Positions 1 through 10,882 are shown, counted from the stretch's first letter. The stretch: 64,000 nucleotides of DNA from a virus (IMGVR_UViG_3300035698_011578:31477-95476); one strand, 5' to 3'. Notes: a model not told the origin generated them from the letters alone. Numbers and translations are program-made.

Positions 1-339
1 TTTGGATTTTTCTAGAGATTTTATTCTCTCACTTACCATATCATAAATATATGAATTATCATCTTCAGACCCAGTAAAGACATTAGGAGAATCCACATCA
101 CCTAGTACCCCACGTAAATAATTCATTGATAAATCTAATTGTTCGTCATCTATATTTTCAAACATATTAGTTAAATAAAATGTACATTCATATATGTAAT
201 AATCACCGTGATCTATGAAATCATATTGGTAACATTGATCCGTTATTTCAAACATAACTGTTTTAAATTCATCGAAATCACAGTCATTGACAGGTAATGT
301 CGATTCATATAATTTATTATATAACTTTAAATGCCTCAT
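1..339 (-). CDS. Hypothetical protein, truncated by window edge; tandem paralog of 343..873
   Basis: ATG at 339 reads MRHLKLYNKLYESTLPVNDCDFDEFKTVMFEITDQC, matching CDFDEFKTVMFEITDQC of the neighbouring ORF. Confidence 0.75.
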   Translation of the reverse strand, partial: MRHLKLYNKLYESTLPVNDCDFDEFKTVMFEITDQCYQYDFIDHGDYYIYECTFYLTNMFENIDDEQLDLSMNYLRGVLGDVDSPNVFTGSEDDNSYIYDMVSERIKSLEKSK

Positions 340-342
340 TTT

Positions 343-873
343 TTACATATTTATTTTTTTAAAACTATGATAGAACTTTAGTGAAACATAACTATCAGCA
401 TCAAGTATAATTGAACATTCATCAAAGTTTTCATAGGACTTAAATCTAGGTATAATATATTCTTCTATATCCTTTATTATCTTTGAAAATTTCTTATTAA
501 CATCGATAATCGTATTTATTTCTTTTATAGCATTATCTAATTTCACTAATTTAGAATCTATACTATCATATATTTTAGAATTATCTTCTTCATCATCAAA
601 TACCTCCTCATCCTCATAAGTACTAAAAAATCCCTGTAAGTAATCAAATGATGATTCTATATTTACTTCATAGGCTACTTTACTAATATCAGTTACATAG
701 AATTCACACATATAATAAGGATTACCACGTTCATACTTATCAAAGAAATAATGTGAAAAACACTGGTCTGTTATTTCAAACATGACTGTTTTAAATTCAT
801 CGAAATCACAATTTCTCATACTTGTATCTAATCTTGCTTCATCTAAACGCTTATATGTTCTTAGATGTTTCAT
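343..873 (-). CDS. Hypothetical protein with MKHLRTY N-terminal motif
   Basis: 176-aa ORF, paralog of 1..339. Confidence 0.75.
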   Translation of the reverse strand: MKHLRTYKRLDEARLDTSMRNCDFDEFKTVMFEITDQCFSHYFFDKYERGNPYYMCEFYVTDISKVAYEVNIESSFDYLQGFFSTYEDEEVFDDEEDNSKIYDSIDSKLVKLDNAIKEINTIIDVNKKFSKIIKDIEEYIIPRFKSYENFDECSIILDADSYVSLKFYHSFKKINM

Positions 874-874
874 A

Positions 875-1561
875 TTATTTATTTTTTAATTTTTTATCTA
901 ATATACTAGCAATATTTGAACCTATTAAATAATGTATATTCTTAATAGATTCACTTCCTATTGTTTCAATTTCATCCATAAATTTATATTGAAATTTGTA
1001 ACTGACTTCTTTATCTTCCTCTTCTACTTTACGAATAGATAATTCCATATCATAGTTATTATTAATGTTAATTTTGAAGTCAAATGTCATCTTAGCACAT
1101 GGTGTAGTCTTGAATTTGGGCTCATAAATAACTTCGAATATAGAGTAGTCAGTGATATCACTTCTTCTCATATAGTAGTTTAAAAACATTGCAGGTGCTT
1201 CTATAAAATCAGATAATATTAATAAATCTTCACCGAAATCATTAGACTGTATTACATCTTCAACTTTCTTTTTCAAGTCATGTACGCTCTCAAATTCAAC
1301 TAAATGATAAACACAATTAATGTTGTATAGATATATAAATGTATTATCTTGTAGATTCCTCTTATTCTCATCCACTTTAAATATAAATTTGGTGTGTATT
1401 ATAGATGAGTCTTCAATTGATAATCCATGAATAGATATAACTAGTTTTAAAAAACCCTCAGCTTTAGGGGTTTCATAAAGAACTTCAATTGATTTAACCA
1501 TTCCTTCTTCTTCTTCGAATATATCTTTGAAGACTTGTTCTATTTCAGCTATTGATATCAT
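875..1561 (-). CDS. Hypothetical protein
   Basis: 228-aa ORF tightly packed in operon. Confidence 0.7.
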   Translation of the reverse strand: MISIAEIEQVFKDIFEEEEGMVKSIEVLYETPKAEGFLKLVISIHGLSIEDSSIIHTKFIFKVDENKRNLQDNTFIYLYNINCVYHLVEFESVHDLKKKVEDVIQSNDFGEDLLILSDFIEAPAMFLNYYMRRSDITDYSIFEVIYEPKFKTTPCAKMTFDFKININNNYDMELSIRKVEEEDKEVSYKFQYKFMDEIETIGSESIKNIHYLIGSNIASILDKKLKNK

Positions 1562-1562
1562 C

Positions 1563-2309
1563 TTATTTAAATTTATTTTGATATGACTTTTGTTTAAGTG
1601 TCAATATTTTACCTATGTAACCATTACGTCTTAATAGTTTGAAAACTAAATTACCTGTAGATAATTCACCACCCTCACTTGCCAATCCTGACTTTCTATA
1701 GTTTTTAATCTTTACCCAAACCTTTTTGATATTTTCTAAGTAATCTTCATGTGAGTGTTTATCCAGTTCACCTTCTAAATCATCAACTAACATCATAACA
1801 CCTTTACCCTTCTCTCTTATAGATTCCTCATCTGGTTCGAAATTAGCTTTAGTTGGTCTAATATTCCATTTGTCATTTAATATAGAATAAACACCAGATG
1901 CTATATGTATTTCACTAGCATCTTGGATATATACTTCAACTTCATAACCACCAATGGTTATATCATATTTTTTATTCCATATATTCTTAACCGCATCTAC
2001 AAATTTCTTAACCAATTCTAAATCATCATTAACATCTTTTAGATCAATTAATATATGTAAATCAAAATCAGAATATCTTTCTGACCAATTAAAATTAGAT
2101 AATGATCCTGTTAGGATAATATCTTTTATTTTAGCATCTAAATCGGTTGAGTTGTAAAAATCTTGTGCAATAGTTAATAATTGTTCTCGTATTTCTGGTT
2201 TAATTACAAAATCGTCCCAAACCTTAGGATTTAACTCGTCTTTCAATTTAAACGAATCAATTGGTTCAAAATCATCTTGCACAAATTCAAAGTGTTTAAT
2301 ATATTTCAT
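1563..2309 (-). CDS. Nucleotidyltransferase (Pol beta superfamily)
   Basis: ILTGSLSNFNWSERYSDFDLHILID = hGS...DxD motif; later acidic strand EVEVYIQD. Confidence 0.75.
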   Translation of the reverse strand: MKYIKHFEFVQDDFEPIDSFKLKDELNPKVWDDFVIKPEIREQLLTIAQDFYNSTDLDAKIKDIILTGSLSNFNWSERYSDFDLHILIDLKDVNDDLELVKKFVDAVKNIWNKKYDITIGGYEVEVYIQDASEIHIASGVYSILNDKWNIRPTKANFEPDEESIREKGKGVMMLVDDLEGELDKHSHEDYLENIKKVWVKIKNYRKSGLASEGGELSTGNLVFKLLRRNGYIGKILTLKQKSYQNKFK

Positions 2310-2319
2310 AACCTATATA

Positions 2320-2583
2320 TTAATTTAGTAATTCAGAAATTAAACTATCTCTTTTACATTCTAGTAGGTCAAATTCTGTTTTATAGTCAAAAAAATTCAA
2401 TGTATAGTATTCACAATATGGAGTACCATTCCCATAAATTATATTCTGAGTTAAAATTTTCTCATCAATTTTGAACCATAGATATAAATGTAATGGGTCT
2501 ATATACCAATTTTCCCAATAACCACCAACATATCTACGTATACACTCATAACCTGAAAAATAACGTATTAATATTTTCTTCAT
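2320..2583 (-). CDS. Hypothetical protein
   Basis: 87 aa, C-terminal RDSLISELLN motif. Confidence 0.6.
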   Translation of the reverse strand: MKKILIRYFSGYECIRRYVGGYWENWYIDPLHLYLWFKIDEKILTQNIIYGNGTPYCEYYTLNFFDYKTEFDLLECKRDSLISELLN

Positions 2584-2607
2584 ACAACAAAAAAGACTTT
2601 ATAATAA

Positions 2608-2934
2608 TTATAAAGTCTTTAGTGTGTTAAGTTTACTTTCGTAAAATTTAACCATATCTTCAGTTTTCTTAATTCGATTATCAACTTCTCTTTGTGTTAA
2701 AAAATCAAACACAACTGAATTCATATTCAAATTTGGATTTAAACCCATTTTATTAAGATCTTCAAAGCCTTGGTCAGTTAATTCTATTTTCTCATCATTT
2801 TTAGAAAACCAAGATTCTTTATCAGAAATTTTATAAATACCAGAACTTTCCCAATTGCGATATTTACCCTCTTCTAATTCATGTAACTCGATGTAAGATG
2901 CTTTTTTAAATTTTTTAGATTTCATAGATTTCAT
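2608..2934 (-). CDS. Hypothetical protein
   Basis: 108-aa ORF. Confidence 0.6.
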   Translation of the reverse strand: MKSMKSKKFKKASYIELHELEEGKYRNWESSGIYKISDKESWFSKNDEKIELTDQGFEDLNKMGLNPNLNMNSVVFDFLTQREVDNRIKKTEDMVKFYESKLNTLKTL

Positions 2935-3130
2935 TATTTTTATCTTTTATTTTTAAATAATATAAAAGTTTAAGTATGTATTTATTTAATTATTAAGAAA
3001 ATATCACTATCTTTGTTTTCAAGAGAATTTCGAAGGTTGATAAAAAATAAATTATAACTTTTTTACGATTTTCTTTCAAGACTAAATAACTTTTATTATA
3101 TTTGTAATTATTAATTAAAAATCAAAATCA

Positions 3131-4336
3131 ATGAATCTTAAATTATCCGAAGACTTTAAATTATTACTCACCAGAATAAAAAATAATAAAGTAGCTAATA
3201 AACTACTTAATTCAGAATTCGATACTAAAAAAATCAATTATAATTATATTGGTTTAGGAGATACTAATAAGTTAGTAAGTTTTACACCCGAAACTAAAGT
3301 AGAGAAAATACTGGAAGAACTACCGATGTATTTTACAATAAACGCAGTTAGAAATCTAACATATAACAATTCTAATAATGCAATATTTGAGGCATTGGGA
3401 TATGATAAAGATGCAAATGAATATTGGTACCCACAAGATCCAGCAACTGATAGAGGAACTATCTTGAGGGAAACTGTTAGTAAGTCAAGTGGCAGAACTT
3501 ATGTTTTATATAAATGTAATCGCACTGGTAGATTAGCAGTAATTAATAAAGAAGCTATAATCGAAAAACAAGAAGATGATTCCTTCTTATTTGAAACTAA
3601 CCGAAATTCTATTAAGGTTGGTCGTTTAGCATCACATATGCTAACCAGTATAGATTTTGATTATACAACAAAAGACATCGAAGATTTTGTTAATTTATAT
3701 AAAGCTTCTTATGACTTCATGGGAAATAAGAGTTTACAATTTGAGATAGTATCAGGTATGGATATTGCATGGTGGTACAATCATGAAAGATACCAATCCG
3801 GTGGTGGTGTGTTAAACAACTCTTGTATGAGTAGCAGACCAGATAGTACATTTGAACTATACACTGAAAATTCTTGCTGTAAGATGATTATCTTATATGC
3901 AGATGATGGTGAAATCGTTGGTGATTTATATAAAGCGATTAGAATTAAAGGTCGTGCCCTTTTATGGGATGTTAAATATAAAGGTGACTCTATTAAATTC
4001 ATGGATAGAGTTTATACTACTAACGATTCTGATGTCGAGCTCTTCAAGGAATATGCAAAGACAGAAGGATGGTGGTTCAAAGAAGAGCAAAGTATGTACC
4101 CTAATGCGAGAGTTACTGATGGTGAAACTATAACTGATGATAGATTCGAGGTTGTATTAGAAAAACCAGATTTTAAATACCATCCATATATGGACACTAT
4201 GTGCCATTGGGTAAATGGTTGCTTAACAAATAGTTTTGATAAGAAACACACAAAGACATTCAGATGTACTAACGGATCACATTGTATTTGTGAAGATGGT
4301 AGAGAAATTAGATATGCTGATATTTCTAATGTTTAA
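3131..4336 (+). CDS. Conserved phage protein (NSCM/GRALLW/FMDRVY/PYMDT family), paralog of 48768..50603
   Basis: Same ordered motifs in both ORFs; TATATTTG promoter upstream near 3098. Confidence 0.75.
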   Translation: MNLKLSEDFKLLLTRIKNNKVANKLLNSEFDTKKINYNYIGLGDTNKLVSFTPETKVEKILEELPMYFTINAVRNLTYNNSNNAIFEALGYDKDANEYWYPQDPATDRGTILRETVSKSSGRTYVLYKCNRTGRLAVINKEAIIEKQEDDSFLFETNRNSIKVGRLASHMLTSIDFDYTTKDIEDFVNLYKASYDFMGNKSLQFEIVSGMDIAWWYNHERYQSGGGVLNNSCMSSRPDSTFELYTENSCCKMIILYADDGEIVGDLYKAIRIKGRALLWDVKYKGDSIKFMDRVYTTNDSDVELFKEYAKTEGWWFKEEQSMYPNARVTDGETITDDRFEVVLEKPDFKYHPYMDTMCHWVNGCLTNSFDKKHTKTFRCTNGSHCICEDGREIRYADISNV

Positions 4337-4347
4337 ATATTTTAGAG

Positions 4348-4530
4348 ATGGAAGACGGAGATGATGGAATTATTAGAGATGGTATTTCGAGATGTGATTT
4401 TTGTGAAAAAAATATACCAATTTCAGACCTACAAGAAGTAAGAGTTCGTAAGTTCTTTATAACTAAGATAAAAAAAGGTTGCACTTCTTGTATTAGAGAA
4501 ATTCAATTAAAAAAAATAGGAATTAAATAG
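4348..4530 (+). CDS. Small Cys-motif protein
   Basis: CDFC and CTSC pairs; C-terminal IREIQLKKIGI motif. Confidence 0.55.
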   Translation: MEDGDDGIIRDGISRCDFCEKNIPISDLQEVRVRKFFITKIKKGCTSCIREIQLKKIGIK

Positions 4531-4537
4531 AAAAGAT

Positions 4538-4822
4538 ATGAAATGGATAGTTTCGGTTCATGAGAAAAATGGACATTTAGAAGAGTTTAGAGTATTAGGT
4601 TGGTCATTGGATAGACCAGATATTGAATTTCAATTCGATAAAAAAATAATTGTCAATGCCATAAAAAATGGTGCAGAATATAAAACTGCATATTTACAAT
4701 TTGGTAAATTTGTAGAAGGTTCAGAAGTTACTGTAATTGAAAATAGAGACGGTTCTTGTGAATTAAGGACAAAAAAGAACGATATGATTATCGACAATTT
4801 AGGTGAGATGAAAAGATTTTAG
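4538..4822 (+). CDS. DUF3892-like protein
   Basis: C-terminus LRTKKNDMIIDNLGEMKRF resembles the DUF3892 ending as I recall it. Confidence 0.5.
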   Translation: MKWIVSVHEKNGHLEEFRVLGWSLDRPDIEFQFDKKIIVNAIKNGAEYKTAYLQFGKFVEGSEVTVIENRDGSCELRTKKNDMIIDNLGEMKRF

Positions 4823-4920
4823 ATTAAATTTTTTACTATAAATATACCGGGATATTTGCATAACTGCATTTATTTCCGTATATTTGTATTATATAAATTA
4901 ATAACTTAAAAAAATATACT

Positions 4921-5310
4921 ATGCCAAGAATAGAAGCGTTTACTAGACCAGTTTTAACTAAATTTAGAAGTGAATTTAAAGAAAGTGTAAAAGAATTAGA
5001 AGCAAAATTTGGAGTAAAAATTGATTTAGGTAATATCTCATATGACAGTACACAATTTACGTCTAGAATAACAACTACTGTAGTTAGTGAAGGAGTAAAT
5101 CCAGAAATTGCAAAAGGTATAGCAATGTTGAAGAAATATGGATCTAGATACGGATTAACCGAGTCTGATTTTGGTAGAGTAATTAATGGTCAAAGAGAAG
5201 AATTTACTGTATTCAGTCTTGCACCAAGAAGTCCTAAATATCCAATCTTAGCAAAATCAACAAAGACTGGGAAAATTTATAAATTATCTGCATCAACTTT
5301 AAAAAGATAA
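4921..5310 (+). CDS. Hypothetical phage protein
   Basis: 129 aa; TTTG...TATATTTG promoter at 4855-4886. Confidence 0.7.
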   Translation: MPRIEAFTRPVLTKFRSEFKESVKELEAKFGVKIDLGNISYDSTQFTSRITTTVVSEGVNPEIAKGIAMLKKYGSRYGLTESDFGRVINGQREEFTVFSLAPRSPKYPILAKSTKTGKIYKLSASTLKR

Positions 5311-5351
5311 TTTATGTTCAGATATAAAGATGTAATTTAATTACATCTTTT

Positions 5352-5585
5352 TTATTTATAAAAGAATTCTAGATTCTTAAAACGATTTATATCCTCTTCT
5401 GATGCTTGTATTAAAACTTTATTAATATAAAGTTTATCACCTGATATTTTAATATTATCCTTATGTTTAACTAAATAAGCAAAGTCAACAACTCTGATAG
5501 ATTTTCTTTTCTTACCAATATCACTTAACCTATTCTTAGTTACGATAAGTTCATTGTATTGAATCCAACTTTGTAAATTTCTCAT
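5352..5585 (-). CDS. Hypothetical protein with MRNLQSW..YNE N-terminal motif
   Basis: 77 aa, TATATA motif upstream. Confidence 0.6.
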   Translation of the reverse strand: MRNLQSWIQYNELIVTKNRLSDIGKKRKSIRVVDFAYLVKHKDNIKISGDKLYINKVLIQASEEDINRFKNLEFFYK

Positions 5586-5604
5586 ATATACCTATATATA
5601 AAAA

Positions 5605-6189
5605 CTACCTTTTAACTTTACCCTCTTTAAAGTGTTTTCGACATAGTGATGTATAACTTTCATTACCACCAATAACTATTTGCTCACCAGAGGTTACTAT
5701 TTTACCATCCACTAATCGAGCATTCACTGTTGCTTTTTTTCCACACCAACAAATAGTTTTAAGTTCTTCTATTTCATCTGCTATCGCCATTAGATGTAAA
5801 CTTCCTTCAAACGGTTCTAATTTATAATCACTGCGTAGACCATAACAAATTACTGGGATATCTTCAAAATCAACTATCTCTGTTAATTGATGAATGTGTT
5901 CTTTTTTAAAAAATTGAATCTCATCACACAACACACAATCAATACCATTCTCACTTTCTCGTATTACAGTATCTAGTAAATCAACAATATTCGTATTCTC
6001 ATCAACTGAAATAGCTTCTCTTTGAATACCGACTCTTGATTTTATTACATTTTTGCCATATCTATCATCTGTTGCAGATGTTAATAAGAGAACACTCTGT
6101 CCTCTCTCTTCATAGTTGAAGCATGTTTTTAGTAAATCTAATGATTTACCTGCATTCATAGCTGAATACCTGAAAAATAATTTAGCCAT
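5605..6189 (-). CDS. tdk: Thymidine kinase
   Basis: YSAMNAGKS P-loop, DEIQF, YGLRSDY, C-terminal CWCG...CRKH zinc site. Confidence 0.95.
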   Translation of the reverse strand: MAKLFFRYSAMNAGKSLDLLKTCFNYEERGQSVLLLTSATDDRYGKNVIKSRVGIQREAISVDENTNIVDLLDTVIRESENGIDCVLCDEIQFFKKEHIHQLTEIVDFEDIPVICYGLRSDYKLEPFEGSLHLMAIADEIEELKTICWCGKKATVNARLVDGKIVTSGEQIVIGGNESYTSLCRKHFKEGKVKR

Positions 6190-6195
6190 TCATAT

Positions 6196-6636
6196 TTAAT
6201 CATTTTTTATTAAAATATCACTTAAATCTTTGACATCATAATTTCTCCATGTGTTGTTCTCAAGTTTTTTAATGTATTTTATTTCATCTCTTCTTAATTT
6301 TATATTATTCTTCCATAATGACTTGTGAAAATTATTACCACCTATTTTTAATGGTATAGCGTTAATAAATTCAACCCTGCTCAATATATGTAATATAAAA
6401 TTTTTATTATTCTTACTTAACTCTAATAAATGATTATTAACACCTGTTGGTGTTTTCCAAAACCTAGCACAACACAATCTATCAATTGTGTTACCCGAAC
6501 TACCAAAATAATATTTTTTGTGATAGGATGTAGATTCTCCTAAGACTTTTGATATATTCACATCTCTATTAGATTGTGTGTCTAAAATCTCAATATAATA
6601 AAAAGAATCACTTCTTGGGCATATATACTCACTCAT
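6196..6636 (-). CDS. Hypothetical protein
   Basis: 146-aa ORF. Confidence 0.6.
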   Translation of the reverse strand: MSEYICPRSDSFYYIEILDTQSNRDVNISKVLGESTSYHKKYYFGSSGNTIDRLCCARFWKTPTGVNNHLLELSKNNKNFILHILSRVEFINAIPLKIGGNNFHKSLWKNNIKLRRDEIKYIKKLENNTWRNYDVKDLSDILIKND

Positions 6637-6661
6637 TACTATTATAAATTTTTACCTAAGA

Positions 6662-7066
6662 TTAGTTTAGAATCGAGTTTAAAGTTTCATCACGATAAAC
6701 TGATTTTGTTATATCTGTAAATAATTTATATTTCAAACCTCTTTCTATCGAGAATCTTAACTTTTCATGCTTGAAATAAAAATTCTTATACTCATTAATA
6801 TTATTATTGTAGGGTGTTTTAATTACATCCGATTTACAACTGCTCCAAAGAGGGTGAAAGTCCCGTATAAGTAATAATATATCACTTATTTTCACAGATG
6901 GATCGAATAGATAAATATACCCGATGATTTTATCGACTACTATTATATCACCAATTTCTAAATCTATATTGAAATCGCTATTATTTTTATATAATTTAGC
7001 TTCTTCACGACCCAATCTATAAATAAGTTCGATATTGTGTGTACATTGTATGAAAGAATATCTCAT
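6662..7066 (-). CDS. Hypothetical protein
   Basis: 134 aa, C-terminal RDETLNSILN. Confidence 0.6.
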   Translation of the reverse strand: MRYSFIQCTHNIELIYRLGREEAKLYKNNSDFNIDLEIGDIIVVDKIIGYIYLFDPSVKISDILLLIRDFHPLWSSCKSDVIKTPYNNNINEYKNFYFKHEKLRFSIERGLKYKLFTDITKSVYRDETLNSILN

Positions 7067-7326
7067 ATTCCTAAATAGCTTAAATTATTCATTCTCGTAT
7101 TATACATAATTATTCTTGGGTCTTTTTCAATGGCACACCATGTGTCATCATCAATACTGATATTCAATTCCTTTTCTATCTGTAATAAAAGTTCTATACT
7201 ATCTAAATCATCTAAACCAACATAATCATAAAACCCACCACCATCATATTTAATGTGTAGTAATTCATAAAATATTCTACTAAAGTGTGTAATGGTTAAT
7301 TCATTTGGTATCTTTATATTTTTCAT
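7063..7326 (-). CDS. Acyl-carrier-protein-like protein
   Basis: GLDDLDSIELLLQIEKELNISIDD resembles ACP helix II (GxDSLDxxEL...EExFxIxI). Confidence 0.55.
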   Translation of the reverse strand: MKNIKIPNELTITHFSRIFYELLHIKYDGGGFYDYVGLDDLDSIELLLQIEKELNISIDDDTWCAIEKDPRIIMYNTRMNNLSYLGI

Positions 7327-7591
7327 CTAATAAATTTTTAATAATTAAATCTCTAACTTGTATTTTATTTTCACTCTCTGATAATTGCTCAAAGATGTGG
7401 TCCCAAAATTTATATACTTCACCAGTTAGAATATTTTTAAAATCACACTTAACTGTTATGGTATATGATTCAAAGTGTTCGCTACTGGTTGTGGTACTAG
7501 TGCTAAAATCAACATAGGTAATTACATATAAATAATTATTATAATAATCTTGTAAATTATATAGTGATTTCATTCGGTATAATTGTATCAT
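7301..7591 (-). CDS. Hypothetical protein
   Basis: 96 aa, RDLIIKNLL motif; TAnnTTTG promoter upstream. Confidence 0.55.
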   Translation of the reverse strand: MIQLYRMKSLYNLQDYYNNYLYVITYVDFSTSTTTSSEHFESYTITVKCDFKNILTGEVYKFWDHIFEQLSESENKIQVRDLIIKNLLDEKYKDTK

Positions 7592-7661
7592 AATTACAAA
7601 TATACAAAAAATTATTTAATTTTTTAATATATAAAGTAATTAAAAAAATAAACACATATAT

Positions 7662-8420
7662 ATGAGATATATTAAAGATTTTAAATTATTCGAGGCAGTT
7701 ATAATGCCTACTGTATTAGATAATAATTCTGTAGTCAATTCATTCGAATCCTTAGTTGAATATGGTATACAAAATGAGTTCGATGTTGTTGGTTATGATG
7801 ACTTTTATAATTCTATGTCAGAAGCCGATCAAAAAAATGCACCACCTAGATATGGTGTTCCATTTTTTGCATTGTTTCACCCAGAGAATAAAAGACCAAT
7901 GTTTGTATGTGTTGATGAGAATGCACCAAGATTTATCCCTGGATTTAAATCAATCGTTGATGATATAATTGGGCACGAAAAAGTACATGCAGAACAAAGT
8001 AGAAGAAAAGGTGATATTGATTATTCATTACCAGCACCAACTGATAGAAAAGCATACTTTGCTAATAAGGAAGAAATAATGGCATTTTCATGGACAATAG
8101 CAAATGGGTTATCAAAAACAAATAATAACACACAAGATGCAGTTAAAGATTTAGATTCTGAAGATGAGCCAATGCACCAACCAAGAGGTAGAAGAATGCC
8201 ACCACCTAGACCAGGAGGAGGAGGAAGACCAATGCCAGGTGGGATGCCTCGTCGTATGGATATGCCACCTCAAGGACCACCTCCAGGAATGCCACCTAGA
8301 AAACCAGAACATAAAATGATATGGAATGATATTAAAAGATTTTCAGACCAAAAAGTAATTAAAAGATACAGAAAATATATTTATATGTATTTAGAGGAAA
8401 TATTTAAAAATAACGACTAA
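7662..8420 (+). CDS. HExxH protein with Pro/Gly/Met-rich insert
   Basis: GHEKVH...EEIMAF; MRYIKDFKLFE N-terminus. Confidence 0.65.
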   Translation: MRYIKDFKLFEAVIMPTVLDNNSVVNSFESLVEYGIQNEFDVVGYDDFYNSMSEADQKNAPPRYGVPFFALFHPENKRPMFVCVDENAPRFIPGFKSIVDDIIGHEKVHAEQSRRKGDIDYSLPAPTDRKAYFANKEEIMAFSWTIANGLSKTNNNTQDAVKDLDSEDEPMHQPRGRRMPPPRPGGGGRPMPGGMPRRMDMPPQGPPPGMPPRKPEHKMIWNDIKRFSDQKVIKRYRKYIYMYLEEIFKNND

Positions 8421-8541
8421 AAATAATGTATATAAAACAATACGAATTCTTCACATTTAATAAAGATAAGAGGAAAGATAAGGGTGATAAGAAATTAATT
8501 TACTAATACACTAATTTGATATATAAAATAAAAATAAATTT

Positions 8542-9426
8542 ATGATTTTAAGAAAAGGAAGTAAAGGTTCGGAAGTTGCAAAATTACAAACGTTCCTAAA
8601 AATAGGTTCAGATGGCGACTTTGGTCCAAATACTGAAAAAGCTGTAAAGTCATGGCAAAGTGCAAATGGGTTATATCCAGATGGTGTAGTTGGTCCTCTG
8701 ACATGGGATGCTATGGGAATAGCAACAACTGATAATAGCGAATTAGTTTATGAAACAAGTAATGGTTTAATTATTAATAGACACTATCTACCAAAGGATG
8801 AGTATAGAAATGAGATAACTGAAAAAGATTATCTTTATCTACATCATACTGCTGGTTGGAACAACCCATTTAAGACTATTGATGACTGGGGTAGAGATAG
8901 TAGAGGTAAAATCGCTACGGAGTTTGTAGTTGGTGGACAATCTGTAACAGGTGATAATAATAAATATGATGGTGTAGTAGCACAAGCATTCCCAGAAGGA
9001 TGTTATGCATGGCACTTAGGACCAAATGGTAATCACTATATGCACACACATTCTGTTGGTGTAGAAATATGTAACTTTGGTTTCTTGAAAAATGGTAAGA
9101 CTTATTCAGGTGCAGTTGCAGCAGAGACACAAAAAGCAATATTAGAAGAATCTTATTATGGTTTTAAAGAATGGCACAGATATTCTGATGAACAATTAAA
9201 AAATACAAAACTTTTAATCCTACACGTAGCAGAAAGAGATAATATCGATGTTAGAAAAGGTATGATAGAATGGATTAAAAAAGATATAAAGAAAGCATTT
9301 ATGAAAATAGATGATGCATATTATGGTAGAGTAAAAGGTATGTGGATGCATAACAATAACTCATATCCAGATAAATCAGACCTATTTCCACAAGATGAAC
9401 TAATTGATATGCTATTAACAATATAA
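8542..9426 (+). CDS. N-acetylmuramoyl-L-alanine amidase with N-terminal peptidoglycan-binding domain (candidate endolysin)
   Basis: LRKGSKG..V..LQ..DGDFGPNTE..DGVVGP PG-binding domain; LHHTAG, AWHLG, SVGVEIC amidase_2 motifs. Confidence 0.85.
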   Translation: MILRKGSKGSEVAKLQTFLKIGSDGDFGPNTEKAVKSWQSANGLYPDGVVGPLTWDAMGIATTDNSELVYETSNGLIINRHYLPKDEYRNEITEKDYLYLHHTAGWNNPFKTIDDWGRDSRGKIATEFVVGGQSVTGDNNKYDGVVAQAFPEGCYAWHLGPNGNHYMHTHSVGVEICNFGFLKNGKTYSGAVAAETQKAILEESYYGFKEWHRYSDEQLKNTKLLILHVAERDNIDVRKGMIEWIKKDIKKAFMKIDDAYYGRVKGMWMHNNNSYPDKSDLFPQDELIDMLLTI

Positions 9427-9433
9427 TTATTTT

Positions 9434-10020
9434 ATGATACACATTAATAAATTTAAAATATTTGAGGAAAAACGTAGTGTAGAATCTATTTGCGATCAAT
9501 GGGATATTAAACATTATTCAATCAATCAAGATGGTAGTGTTGATGTTAATGGTAGTGAGATGAACTCCCAATTAAGTTTGGTAATGTTTCTGGATCATTC
9601 GATTGTACTGGGAATAGATTGACCAGTCTCGAAGGTTCACCAGATAGAGTAGGTGGGCATTATTATATTTATAATAACAGACTCACTTCTCTAAAAGGAT
9701 TTCCTAACTATGTTGGCGGGCAATGTGATTGTTTTGGTAATGAGATTACTAATTTAGAGGGATATACAACAGTTGTTGAAAATTTCCACTGTTCGCATAA
9801 TCCTATCTATAGTATAGTTAAACCGTTTACCAACGGTGTGTTTTTTTCTAGAGGTAGAGATAAAAATGAATTGATTGAATTATTTAATGATACTGATATG
9901 ATTAGAGGAACATCGGTTATTTTTGATAGATTAAAATGGTTTTATGAAGAAATTGGTAAAGAAGATTTATCAAGGGTGCGATTATTAGCAATTAAACATG
10001 ATTATAAAATAATAGAATAA
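9434..10020 (+). pseudogene. Frameshifted SLEGSP-repeat (LRR-like) gene, paralog of 52288..53136
   Basis: Frame switch near 9555; second frame reads DELPIKFGNVSGSFDCTGNRLTSLEGSP, collinear with the intact paralog. Confidence 0.75.
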
Positions 10021-10024
10021 GGTA

Positions 10025-10882
10025 ATGAGTATTTTAAATTGGCAATTATTTCTGGAACATATAGGTGAAAACCCAATATCTGATATACAAGCATATATTG
10101 ATGGCATGAATAAGACTATTAGTGATAAGCTTTTCTTTTTGGATAAGATAGATTTTGATGTCATTGTCGACTTTGGTTGTGCCGATGGTACTCTATTAGA
10201 AAGTATAATGAAATCAAATCCCGATATTAGAATAATTGGATATGATTTAGATGAGAGTATGTTATCACGAACAAGAAATAAATTAGGGTCTAGTGCCTTA
10301 TTAACAAGTAATTGGGCTGATGTTATAAATGAAATATCAAAATATAAAAGTCCATTATTAAATCTAAGTTCAGTTATACACGAAGTTTATTCATATTCAC
10401 ATGGACAAATTATTAAAAAATTCTGGGATGAACAAGTCTTTGGTGATCACTTCAAATGGATATCAATTAGAGATATGATTCCATCACTTAGCTTAGAAAG
10501 AGAAGAACAATCTTTATTTAAGAATGATGTTGAAAAAGTTAGATTAAGTGCTGATAAATTCTATTTAGATTCTTTTGAAGACCACTGGGGACCTATAGAT
10601 GTTAATTATAGAACATTTATGCACTATCTCCTAAAATATAGATATAAGAAAAACTGGGATAGAGAAGTAAAAGAGAATTATTTACCTGTTTCATTAGAGA
10701 CTGTTAAAAGTAAAATTCCTAATAGCTATGAAATTTTTTATGAAGAAGATTTTTTATTAGACTTTCTCAAGAAACAAGTTAAGATAGATTTCGATATCGA
10801 CTTGACACATTCAACACATTTAAAAATGATTCTAGAAAATAAAAATAAACTTAATCAATCAGACGAGGTTACAATGTTTTAA
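10025..10882 (+). CDS. SAM-dependent methyltransferase-like protein
   Basis: IVDFGCADG motif I, GYDLD, LSSVIHEVYSY. Confidence 0.75.
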   Translation: MSILNWQLFLEHIGENPISDIQAYIDGMNKTISDKLFFLDKIDFDVIVDFGCADGTLLESIMKSNPDIRIIGYDLDESMLSRTRNKLGSSALLTSNWADVINEISKYKSPLLNLSSVIHEVYSYSHGQIIKKFWDEQVFGDHFKWISIRDMIPSLSLEREEQSLFKNDVEKVRLSADKFYLDSFEDHWGPIDVNYRTFMHYLLKYRYKKNWDREVKENYLPVSLETVKSKIPNSYEIFYEEDFLLDFLKKQVKIDFDIDLTHSTHLKMILENKNKLNQSDEVTMF

